A DNA stretch of 63,195 bases, counting the filler, from Trichomonas gallinae (taxonomy: Eukaryota): assembly GCA_008369845.1 (NCBI GenBank). It is 6 parts of 6 records of this genome, joined end to end, with 100 filler letters (N's around TTAATTAATTAA, not from the genome) between each part and the next. Parts side by side here need not be neighbours in the genome. Positions count along the whole stretch, not along the records: positions 30,824 to 50,888 come from MRSU01000593.1; positions 50,989 to 63,195 come from MRSU01000595.1; 4 more parts are not named here. The stretch is one strand, 5' to 3'. Positions 41,623-51,218 of the stretch are shown here, piece by piece. The notes under the pieces are model-generated. The model saw only the letters and a list, made by a program, of their open reading frames with translations, was not told where the DNA came from and did no database searches. A program made the translations under genes and the position numbers. Within the stretch, counting starts at the first letter, position 1, and every line of letters begins with the position of its first letter.

Positions 41623-44181
41623 TTATTCAGACTTTGAAAATTGGCCGGAGGCAAGTCTCGCCAATGGCAAAAGTTCGCATGTGCAACAAATTCCACAAAC
41701 ACCAACATCACACAAGAATTTGATAGAAGCAGGACACATGATTTGAGACCCGCAAACAATGACTTTCTTCTTTGACTTCTCGACTGACTTACGAATTATG
41801 TCTCCAGCTCCATCGATATCCAAAGTCTTGAATGGACTTGTTTTAAGGATATTCCATGAATTGTATTCGTTGAGGAATGAATGTGTGGCATCCTCTTTGC
41901 ACATGCCGAACAGTGTTTGCGTCAATCCTTCAGCATCGATATAAATAAAATCTGCTTCTTGACTAATTGAATCAGAAGTCAAACAAGCTCTTGCGCATTC
42001 AAGACTAGCGCCTATTTCTATGTTTTCAATACCTTCTTCCTTAACAATTTCAGAAATTCTTTCTTTAATCTTAGAAACTTCGCGAGATTCAGTCACCAAA
42101 GGAACTAAGAACTTCAAAGAATTCCTTCCAGCTGCCTTTGCCGCCTGGCAAGCTGCTCTAATCAAAACTTCTAATAATGGTTTGCATGTTAAAAGCATTC
42201 TAGCTCCACGTGTGCCCATCAATGGGTTGCTTTCGTTGTGCTTTCTTGTTTTCTCAATGAGTCTTTCCTTCTCTTCAAGTTGTTTGGCTTTTTCTTCGTC
42301 GAAATCTTTATTTTGCTCTTTCATGACGCGAAGCTTAGCAATTTCTTCGGTCAACGTCTTAAGTGATGGCAAGAATGAACCGAGAGCGAGTGAAAGAAGC
42401 CTAATTGTTGCATTTTTGTCTGATGGAAGAGATTTGAGCGATTCTGTTAATGGTGGAGTAATGGATTTGATTATTTCAGCCTTTACATCTTCATCTTCTC
42501 GGTTATCAACAAGTTTTACGATTAAATCTTTTGCATGATTTAAAACAACTGCGTCCATGCATAAAATTCCGACGCCATCAGCTCCATTTTCCATAGAGCG
42601 GCTGATCTGTGATGCATTTGTGCATGTAGCTAAAACTTCGAATTTTCCATTTCGAATTTCATCAGCTTTCTTTAAGATTTCGAGGACAATTCCTTCTGGG
42701 TTCTTCTCTTTGATTGGAACTGCTCCTTGGTACAAAAATCCGCCAGCAATTGTTACAATTTCGCCTTCTTTGATTGTTATGTCCGAAATCTTAAGGGAAT
42801 TGTCTGTGTGATCGATGATGGATCCTTCGATGCCGAAAACGCCTGGTTTTCCAAGAGTTCTTGCGAGAAATGCACCATTTGAAAATTCTGCGCCGTGGAG
42901 AGAGATAACACCTGTTGCAGCGTTGACAGCTTCAATGTCTGCGCCTGTGATTGTGGATTTAACGAGAATTACTTGTTCTCCGTTCTTTGATTTTTCGATG
43001 CATTTTGCATTTGTAAAAACGATTGGTCCTGATGCAGCGCCAAGTGAACCTTCGGCTCCTTGTGCCAAAGCTTCGCTTGGAGCTTCAACCAGTTGATTTC
43101 TGTTTGCATTAATTGCAGAAATTGCGCTGATGAGATTAATTGCTTCTTTAGCTGGGCGACCGGTTTCAATAGCTTCCTTGACGATGTTGAATGGTCTTTC
43201 ATCACCGAAAATCGCTGTATGAATGTGTGTAACGAAAATCTTGTTTGAACGATTAACTACGCCAGCAACGAATGGAATTTCGATTCTCTGTTCAATCTTA
43301 GAGACAATTTCAGCAGCAGCCGGGTCTGCTTCAGCTCCTGGAGAAAGTGGACGATATCCGTTCTCAATATCGTCTAATGAGCTCTTTGCACAGAAGTATC
43401 CGGATATTGCCTTCTTTCCGCTCTCGAAATCGTAGTTTGTAAGCAAAGCACTGAATGATTTCTCATCATAATCTCCAAAAACGTGTTGCTGGATGAAAAT
43501 CGAGAAACCAGACGAGAATTTCGTTTCTAATGTTGTATAGGCCTTGAAAATGGCTTCTATTGCGATTTTGAGCTGATCTAAAGCATTTTGTGGAAACATT
43601 TTTCCTGTCTTTCTAATTACGATAGATTTGTAGATCTTCGTGAGATGGATCCAGTCGTATGCTTTGAAGTTCGTTACGTGAATTGAACCAGTGTAATCGA
43701 GCAATTGATCGAAAATGAACGAAAACTCATCGCGATCAATTCCGTATGCAAGAGAGGAAAGACTTGCGATGAGTCTTGGATATAATTGATAAGGCAAATC
43801 GCGTAATGTTGATGCTGTCGCGAGCTCATTTGCAGTAAAGTCATTCATTCCTATTCCATCGATTCCTGGGAGAGGAGATGGTCCAGTTGCTGTCAAAAAC
43901 AGCGGCCTCTTCTGTCCGAAAAATTTGGCTACACGCGATTCCAACGAGTGTAAATGTTTCTGGATCTCTTCCCACAGCGAATCTGGAATTGTGTTGTTGT
44001 TTTTGACGTATTTCTTATAGGCAGCATCGGTAATAATGAAACCATCAGCAATGTTGATATTTGTTCCAATGATTTTCGCGAGATTTACGGCCTTTTCGCC
44101 GCACAGCTCCTCAACTTTCTCCCAAGAACCGAGTTTTCGAAGCAGAGACGGGACATCAGATAGAGATATTACTGCGTCCAT
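41623..44181 (-). CDS. Pyruvate phosphate dikinase (PPDK)-like protein, predicted inactive
   Basis: PPDK three-domain order: GEKAVNL, GFIIT, FPQNALDQLKIAIEAIF, SLGAASGPIVF, GADGVG, ESNPLMGTRGAR, LTQTLFG. First ATG at 44181; the track start is TTG. Confidence 0.88.
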   Translation of the reverse strand: MDAVISLSDVPSLLRKLGSWEKVEELCGEKAVNLAKIIGTNINIADGFIITDAAYKKYVKNNNTIPDSLWEEIQKHLHSLESRVAKFFGQKRPLFLTATGPSPLPGIDGIGMNDFTANELATASTLRDLPYQLYPRLIASLSSLAYGIDRDEFSFIFDQLLDYTGSIHVTNFKAYDWIHLTKIYKSIVIRKTGKMFPQNALDQLKIAIEAIFKAYTTLETKFSSGFSIFIQQHVFGDYDEKSFSALLTNYDFESGKKAISGYFCAKSSLDDIENGYRPLSPGAEADPAAAEIVSKIEQRIEIPFVAGVVNRSNKIFVTHIHTAIFGDERPFNIVKEAIETGRPAKEAINLISAISAINANRNQLVEAPSEALAQGAEGSLGAASGPIVFTNAKCIEKSKNGEQVILVKSTITGADIEAVNAATGVISLHGAEFSNGAFLARTLGKPGVFGIEGSIIDHTDNSLKISDITIKEGEIVTIAGGFLYQGAVPIKEKNPEGIVLEILKKADEIRNGKFEVLATCTNASQISRSMENGADGVGILCMDAVVLNHAKDLIVKLVDNREDEDVKAEIIKSITPPLTESLKSLPSDKNATIRLLSLALGSFLPSLKTLTEEIAKLRVMKEQNKDFDEEKAKQLEEKERLIEKTRKHNESNPLMGTRGARMLLTCKPLLEVLIRAACQAAKAAGRNSLKFLVPLVTESREVSKIKERISEIVKEEGIENIEIGASLECARACLTSDSISQEADFIYIDAEGLTQTLFGMCKEDATHSFLNEYNSWNILKTSPFKTLDIDGAGDIIRKSVEKSKKKVIVCGSQIMCPASIKFLCDVGVCGICCTCELLPLARLASGQFSKSE

Positions 44182-44653
44182 TCTCTTAATGTAATAACGT
44201 TCTTCGAAAAGTGACAAAGAAGAAGATTGTCACTTTTATTGACTTTCTCCATCAAACATTTCATAACGAAATCTTTTGCGTCCAAATTAATTAATTTCAA
44301 ACAACCCTAAATCTTGAATATAATCCACAAAATACGCGATTTTAACTTTCATTCAATTTAAAATAAAAAAAATTTCTTTATTCAATCATCAATTAATGCA
44401 AAATCTAAAATTGCATTTTGAGGCCTAAATATGAGTATATTGTATCTAAATAGTCCATTTATGATTGATCCGCAGTAAAAAAATATAAAGAATTCTCTAA
44501 TCAAGAATTTTGCAATCTAATATATTTACATAATTCCTGATCACATTAAAGCTATTTTGGGAAGTTTAAAGGCTATTGTTAGGAAGTAACAGTTGCGAAA
44601 GATTATTTATTAGCTCAAAATACATGTTAATTTAATTGAACAGTAAAATTTCC

Positions 44654-45250
44654 ATGCTTTTTTGTAAACTTTATTATGCACCAATTCTCATTTTTCATTT
44701 CGATGAGGCAATCACAGACCCATGGGAAAACTCCCATGGATACAGGTATTGCGGCAAAGCTATATCTGGTGAATGTGCGTCATTTCCCACAAACATTGAT
44801 GAAATATACCAATTCCATGATTACAGCAAAAAATCAAATTCAGATTCAGCATATATGATACTTCGAAATATGCCAGCAAAACAAATTTCTCAACATTTAA
44901 AGGAAACAAATGAGAATGTAAAGGTTATTATGATACTGCAACTGCTCACCATGATGGCCATAAACAATACTATTTCGAGTTTTGCAATGTGTAAAAAACT
45001 CTCAAAACAGCAGTGGCTTTGGAACTTTTTGCTGCTATTTTCCGGAAGATGCTTTAGTGAATAAATGTTGTTTCTTCAATCCTCTATGGAAGTATTATCA
45101 TCAAATAGACAGCTTTTGGATCACAGGACAAAGCAAATAATATGATATTATGCATTGTTAAGATTAATATCATCTATATTTGAAAAACATTCATCGGAGT
45201 CTTAATTATAACGGAATACTTCAGAAATTCGCATGTATGTTTAATATATC
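44654..45250 (+). pseudogene. Decayed Cys-rich surface-protein family gene
   Basis: Hydrophobic start MLFCKLYY...DPWEN, then fragments in shifting frames (QYYFEFCNV*, SGFGTFCCYF...VNKCCFFN). Confidence 0.45.
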
Positions 45251-45378
45251 CTGCAAAACAAGTGAGCTACAAAAAGAATGGTTTTTCTAACACATGAAAC
45301 AAATAAATTAATTAATATATAGTTAGCATGAGTGAGAAAATATATGTTTATTGTTAAAACATCTTATAAAGAAATAAT

Positions 45379-46530
45379 TTACGCTTGCATCCAGTTGATG
45401 ATCATATCAATGACATCATCCTGGTAAACAATCATCTGGTGGTTATACAACTGGCTGACGTTAGCAACATCCTTGCATTGGATATTCTTCCAGTGCTTGC
45501 AGGCATACTCTGGGCCTTCGGCGTTGACAATTAAGTCACCTGGGCCGTTGATTGGCTCTGCACCGCCATTTCTGAAATCAATTCCCTGAAGTGTTCCGAT
45601 ACCTGAGTTGTAGATCATGAAGATCTTAGCCTTTGGCTGTGGTGGAGCTGTCTCATATAGGTTTCTGGCTAACTCGTTGATCTTCAAGTAATCGCCGGAT
45701 AATTTGCCTTCTTGGATGAGGAAGTTTGTGATGTCCTTGGAGTAGATTGGCTCACCGTTCCTCTTGTAGCCCATTGTTGTGTTCTCGAAAGCAACCTTGT
45801 TTGGAATGTGAACGTGTAAACCAAGGATTGAGCTGACGAATTCGTGCTCATCACCGATGAATTCGAAGAATGGGATCTTCTGGGAGTAGAGGGCCTCATA
45901 AGCGATGGAAGAGCCGCCGAAAGATGGTGTAATCATGATACCAGAATCGATGTACTTGTCAACCCATTCCTGAGACATTCTAACGGACAAGAGCTGGTCA
46001 ATGATGAATCCACCCATGGAGTGACCGATCAAAAAGACCTTTTCGTGGTTCTTATTGTAAGCATTTTCGATTAACTTTGTTAAGTTTGTCCAGAACTGCT
46101 CAACCTGAAGAACACCACGTCTCCAGTCATTTGGAGCACCAAATAAATCTGTTCCGACGATGTAGCCGATCTTTTCTAATCTTTCGATGATGTGTTCATA
46201 GTATGGGACTAAATGGATGCCGATGACTGATGTATCGACGTTGTTGAAACCTGTAACTCCACCAAAATCGATTGTTGTCAAATTGACATAATCTGGCTGC
46301 TTTACGTTCTTGTTCTTTTCATCCCATTCCATTCTCATGTCATCGAACATGCAGTAGTATGTTGGTGGGATCAAGTATCTCTCGTTAAACCAGATTTCAT
46401 CATCATGAACAATTGGGCAGTACCAATATCTCTTCTTTGTGACGTCACCTCTAAGTCTAGAGCCGAATAAGCCTGGAATAAGAACAACAGGCTTCTTGCA
46501 CGAAGCAAGGCTGAATAATGAGCAGAGCAT
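45379..46530 (-). CDS. LCAT / lysosomal phospholipase A2-family acyltransferase (383 aa)
   Basis: Short signal peptide; PVVLIPGLFGSRL, GAPNDWR, nucleophile GHSMGG, GDLIV and C-terminal His (NHQ). Confidence 0.92.
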   Translation of the reverse strand: MLCSLFSLASCKKPVVLIPGLFGSRLRGDVTKKRYWYCPIVHDDEIWFNERYLIPPTYYCMFDDMRMEWDEKNKNVKQPDYVNLTTIDFGGVTGFNNVDTSVIGIHLVPYYEHIIERLEKIGYIVGTDLFGAPNDWRRGVLQVEQFWTNLTKLIENAYNKNHEKVFLIGHSMGGFIIDQLLSVRMSQEWVDKYIDSGIMITPSFGGSSIAYEALYSQKIPFFEFIGDEHEFVSSILGLHVHIPNKVAFENTTMGYKRNGEPIYSKDITNFLIQEGKLSGDYLKINELARNLYETAPPQPKAKIFMIYNSGIGTLQGIDFRNGGAEPINGPGDLIVNAEGPEYACKHWKNIQCKDVANVSQLYNHQMIVYQDDVIDMIINWMQA

Positions 46531-47520
46531 TAAAAATATTTATTTCAAAGGATTTTTGGTTTAGTTCTCAATTTTTATGAGAAAACAAAAAAATTATACG
46601 AAAATATACAGCAAAATCATTAATACTATATTATTTTTTAACTTATGTAAAAAAATGTCAGAAATTTAATATTTTTGGCTAAAACTATAATAATAGGCAA
46701 TAATATAATAATGTACATATTAATTTAAAGAGATTTAGCAAAAATATTTTTGTATACGATAACATCATTCAATTTTTTTAATCGTATTCAAACAATATTT
46801 TTTAATTAGTATCGCTTTTTAATAATCTATATTAATATTAGGTTTTAGTTGAGGATTCGGACGATTATTTTGGATTCAAAAATTATCTTACATTAAGGAA
46901 ATTATATATTTTAGTATTATAAAACGATTTTTCGAGAAAAAGATTATTTCGTAAACTTCACAAAAACTTCAAAATAATATTTTAAAAATTCATAATATGT
47001 ACATAAATAATATTTTTGATTTTATAATTTTTATGATGATTTTTTCCATCATTTGAAAAATTGCTCATATCCCTCACATATATGGGACTTAACTAATATA
47101 CAATCTGTATATGGGCTTTTTGATTCAAAACATTTTGATTCTCCCCTTTCTTGTTTATTAAACATGATGAACTTCGAAAGGCTCAAGGAAATTGATTTAA
47201 ACTTCGTATATATTATATAGACATGTTGAAGATGGTATACATAAGATATTTAAGGATTTAAACAATTTAGAATCGAGTTTGATATTCATCTTTTGATTCA
47301 GCCTATGTAACTGTGTTTTTTTTAAATAGCATAAAAAAGCATGCTAATAACTTAATATATTTTCTTTCTGTTTCATTTTAATTAGATCGCAATTCTAATT
47401 TGATTTTTAGACAATAATTTTTTTAAGATTATAATATACAAGTCCTGCTCATATAATTTTGATCAAATTCTAGCTATTATTTAAAGTTTTATATTTATCA
47501 AAATAGAACAAATATATTTA

Positions 47521-48321
47521 TTACTGATCATAATATATCTTACATGAAAAGTGTGGAACAAGGTCGTTATCCAATTGCATTTGCATGCAGAATTTGTATA
47601 CTTGATATCTATATTTTGCGCCAATTGTTGTAACCGAGTCTTTACAAAAGCATATCTTTTGTTTAAGTGTTAATTCATTTAAGTTCTCAATTGCTCCAAT
47701 AGAATATTTAGCATCTGTTTGTCTTAATTTATAATTAAATGTATTATCATAACAAATTCCAACACGTAAGGCCGAATTTACTTCTCTTTCGAAGCCATAA
47801 TGTACTTTCAAGTGCTTAAGATCTTTGTTTTGCTCAAAAGAAATATCATGTTTTTGATACTTGAGAGAAATTGATTGTTGCATTGCGCTTAAGAATATTC
47901 TACTCTTGTATTTATCATGCTCAGAGAATTTTGTCTCTAATTCTAATTTTTCGCGATTGACTAAAGCTGGAGTTAAATGAAGATCAATTTTACGATCAAA
48001 AATCATAAGTGGGTATTTAAAGTGTAATCCAAGCCTGTAATTATTGTTCAAAACTTGCGCGCAGAATGAAATAACTTTTGTTTCGTTACCATGATAGAGT
48101 TCTAGCTGGTTTTGAATTGGGAAAAATTTCGCTTTTGTGTTTCCATCTGGTGATTTATAAGTAATACCGAATTTAATTGGATTTAGCAAGAAACTTAATT
48201 TATATGGTCCTGCAGTCTTCGATAATTGGACCCAGAGTTTTTCCATGTTGTATAGTTTAATTTTCTTGTCATTTCCTTTCAGAGTAAAAATCGTTGTTTC
48301 AATCTCCTGAGGAATCTTCAT
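47521..48321 (-). CDS. Beta-strand-rich hypothetical protein; candidate organellar beta-barrel
   Basis: 266-aa ORF (ATG 48321) with many alternating hydrophobic/polar segments and no TM helix. The function is inference only. Confidence 0.6.
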   Translation of the reverse strand: MKIPQEIETTIFTLKGNDKKIKLYNMEKLWVQLSKTAGPYKLSFLLNPIKFGITYKSPDGNTKAKFFPIQNQLELYHGNETKVISFCAQVLNNNYRLGLHFKYPLMIFDRKIDLHLTPALVNREKLELETKFSEHDKYKSRIFLSAMQQSISLKYQKHDISFEQNKDLKHLKVHYGFEREVNSALRVGICYDNTFNYKLRQTDAKYSIGAIENLNELTLKQKICFCKDSVTTIGAKYRYQVYKFCMQMQLDNDLVPHFSCKIYYDQ

Positions 48322-48904
48322 CAATTAATTTAAATTAATCGTTTTCACTCAAACAATAACTTTAAATATAAAACATATTCTTCAAATAGAGCATTTTTGC
48401 CGTTGAGATCCTTTTAACAACTTAATTTTGAAAATATAAGATTATATCTTTTTTATATAATCATTCAATAAGCCCCATTCTTCATTAAAAGGCATAGACT
48501 TTTATATTTAACAGTTGCTATTACATGATTATTTTTTATATAAAATGAATATGATAATATAACAGATTAGGTCCAAATTTCAACATTTATAGCCAATATA
48601 GGTATGTGTGGATCAATTATTCGCGCTCTTTAAATATAAAAAACAGAATATTCGGAAGAATGCTAATCGATATAATTTCTTCTACAATATAGATATAGTA
48701 TAGATTGCTTCTCCATAATATGCATTACTAGTGAATGACTATATTTAGCTAATACATAATAGACAGACACATAATATATTTAAGAATTATCTTAAAGTTT
48801 TAGCAATAATATCCAAATTGACTTGTTTTAGAGAAATCAAAGTTTATCAATTTATATGCATATTATTATGATTTTGGGAATTTTTCTAATAATAAAAAGT
48901 GACA

Positions 48905-49555
48905 ATGCTTTTTTGTTTTTCGATATTTGCTTCTGCTGGACAAGATGGAATTTTCAGCAGACACTTCAGTCAAAAATTAATTAACATTGAGGTGAGTGGC
49001 TCATCAAAACAGAGTATAAACGGAACTATACAGATGACTCTTCCTGAATATGCTATCACTCCATGGCAGAAGATATACGATTGGTGCTCAAACTGTGGTC
49101 GTTCCTACGACGTTCATCCTTGGATCTCATTTAATATTAAAGATAAATTGTTTAAATTTTCAAGCTATTTGCTCCGTGCTGGCTGCTGCTACCAGGATTG
49201 CTGCTGTGATGATGGATACTACTACTGTGTTGAATGTGCAGTTTACAGCTGGTCCCTGCAGATTTCAAATGATAACAAAACTTGGACTGTAATCCATAGG
49301 GTAGCTAAAGACAGAGAAATGAGGAGATGCAATGAAAAGATTTTCAACCTCGATAAGGAATACACAGCCAAGTACGTCAGAGTGATACAGAACGAGCCAT
49401 GCCCAGGAGATCCACCGTGCATGGCGATAAACCGAATAGATTTGATCGGTGTTGTTATAGACGACACAAATCAAGAAGAAAGTGTTTCTTTTCACGATGA
49501 TGACGAAGATGTTAGTATAATAGGTCACATTTCTAAGAATTCTAATACTGATTAG
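48905..49555 (+). CDS. Secreted Cys-rich F5/8 type C (discoidin)-like protein
   Basis: Signal-like MLFCFSIFASAG; WCS...PWISF...SWSLQISNDNKTWTVIH...KYVRVIQ. Confidence 0.75.
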   Translation: MLFCFSIFASAGQDGIFSRHFSQKLINIEVSGSSKQSINGTIQMTLPEYAITPWQKIYDWCSNCGRSYDVHPWISFNIKDKLFKFSSYLLRAGCCYQDCCCDDGYYYCVECAVYSWSLQISNDNKTWTVIHRVAKDREMRRCNEKIFNLDKEYTAKYVRVIQNEPCPGDPPCMAINRIDLIGVVIDDTNQEESVSFHDDDEDVSIIGHISKNSNTD

Positions 49556-49702
49556 TAAAATTTTAATGTTGTTTCTTAATTTTCCATCACAAAATATAAA
49601 TAAACATTGAAAAAATCTTGAACATATATCATGATAGAATAAGATCAATAAATTACAAATCACAATAAATTTTTTTATTTTCAGCAAAGCTTTTTTTCAA
49701 AT

Positions 49703-49772
49703 TAGCATCACTAAAACAAAAGCAATATTGAAAATAGCATCACTAAAACAAAAGCAATATTGAAAATAGCAT
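49703..49772. repeat. Perfect 32-bp tandem duplication (2.2 copies)
   Basis: TAGCATCACTAAAACAAAAGCAATATTGAAAA twice, plus TAGCAT. Confidence 0.95.
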
Positions 49773-50825
49773 TTAATTACTGACATCACTTGATGAGGAT
49801 GATTTTGAAGGTCCATTTTTTATGTCATTCAAAGCCATGCTGAGGAAAGGTACACTTTTCTCAATAACGTTTTCTTTCCACATGCAATTGCATTTCGTTT
49901 TAGTTTTTCCTGCTCCACAGCAACAAACTACGTTTTCCACCTGCATGGGTCCAGAAACATTATGTTCCTTGTGGCAATCCCGTTTGCACGCTTCGCAAAT
50001 GTACTGATTTTGGCCACAACAATCATGGCATTTGTAAACTCTTCCTGTTACATGCGGATTTTTTACAATACAATATGAGCAGTCGTCTTCTGCATCGAAT
50101 TTCAACATCGATTGACCTGCTGCTAATCTTTTTAGCTTTTCTATTTTAAGAGCTTGAGCCACTTGAACAAGTAATAGTTTTTTAATAGTGTCATTGTTAC
50201 TATCATCGTCGTCGCTCTTTTTATTATGCTTTTCTAATTTTTCAAGAGTTTCGGTAAGTTCATATTTAAGAGTATCTATTTCTTGTTGCTGCTTTTTAGT
50301 CGTATTTGTCAATTCTTTTATGACATTTTGATTATCAGGTTTTGCCATTGCAGATTTTTGAAGAGAAAGTAACTCATTGTCTTTCACTAGAACTTCATTC
50401 TTCAGATTTTGAACCTTTTTCTTTATATTCAAAACACGCTGTTTTGCTTTAGCTTTTCTTTCTTCGTAAAATTGGATAGATTCTTCGAGATTATTGATGT
50501 GATCGATGACTACTCTGAGTATATTGAAGTGTAAGTTTCTACGAACCGAAGCTATTAAATCGAAAATATCATCAGCTGTAAATTCTCGATCAATAGTGGT
50601 TTTCTTTGCTACATCAAACAAGTCTAAGATGTTTAGAGATTTTCTACCAAGCTCTAACAACGAAATGTAGTGTTTTATGTCAATCGTAGATTTTTGAATA
50701 ATCTTTTTCAATGTATCTAGATCGTAGCTTTCGAATAAAGTCTCATCATCGATAAGAACATTAATTCCATCTGCGATATCCTGAATATCCGCGTCATCTA
50801 ATTCATTTTTCCTTCTTCTACTCAT
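49773..50825 (-). CDS. Coiled-coil protein with C-terminal UBR-type zinc finger (350 aa)
   Basis: CSY...YKCHDC...ICEACKRDCHKEH...CCCGAG...C matches the UBR-box pattern. Confidence 0.8.
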   Translation of the reverse strand: MSRRRKNELDDADIQDIADGINVLIDDETLFESYDLDTLKKIIQKSTIDIKHYISLLELGRKSLNILDLFDVAKKTTIDREFTADDIFDLIASVRRNLHFNILRVVIDHINNLEESIQFYEERKAKAKQRVLNIKKKVQNLKNEVLVKDNELLSLQKSAMAKPDNQNVIKELTNTTKKQQQEIDTLKYELTETLEKLEKHNKKSDDDDSNNDTIKKLLLVQVAQALKIEKLKRLAAGQSMLKFDAEDDCSYCIVKNPHVTGRVYKCHDCCGQNQYICEACKRDCHKEHNVSGPMQVENVVCCCGAGKTKTKCNCMWKENVIEKSVPFLSMALNDIKNGPSKSSSSSDVSN

Positions 50826-50888
50826 TAATTTTTTCTATTTTAGGTTGGCATTTTTTTTTACAAAAAAAAAAAAAAAAAAAAAAAAAAA

Positions 50889-50988
50889 NNNNNNNNNNNN
50901 NNNNNNNNNNNNNNNNNNNNNNNNNNNNNNNNTTAATTAATTAANNNNNNNNNNNNNNNNNNNNNNNNNNNNNNNNNNNNNNNNNNNN
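50889..50988. other. Artificial scaffold linker
   Basis: N44-TTAATTAATTAA-N44; preceded by a poly-A run. Confidence 0.98.
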
Positions 50989-51065
50989 TAGTATCTTTAA
51001 GGTGTCTATATAATACCTGCAAAGTTTAGGGCAATTTCCTAGATCCCTTCGAAGTTTCCATACCT
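50989..51065 (-). mobile_element. Putative transposon tip (same terminus as 11451-11526)
   Basis: AGTTTCCATACCT (51053-51065) followed by TTAC. Confidence 0.6.
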
Positions 51066-51218
51066 TTACTTATTGAGTTAATTATAAGCACAAAATTGCA
51101 AATATGTTGGTCCTGTTTAATTGTGATACGATCAAAATATATTTTTGATATTTATTATATTATGATATGTTTAAGCTAAATATAATTAAACACATGACAA
51201 TTTTTAAAACAAAACAAG

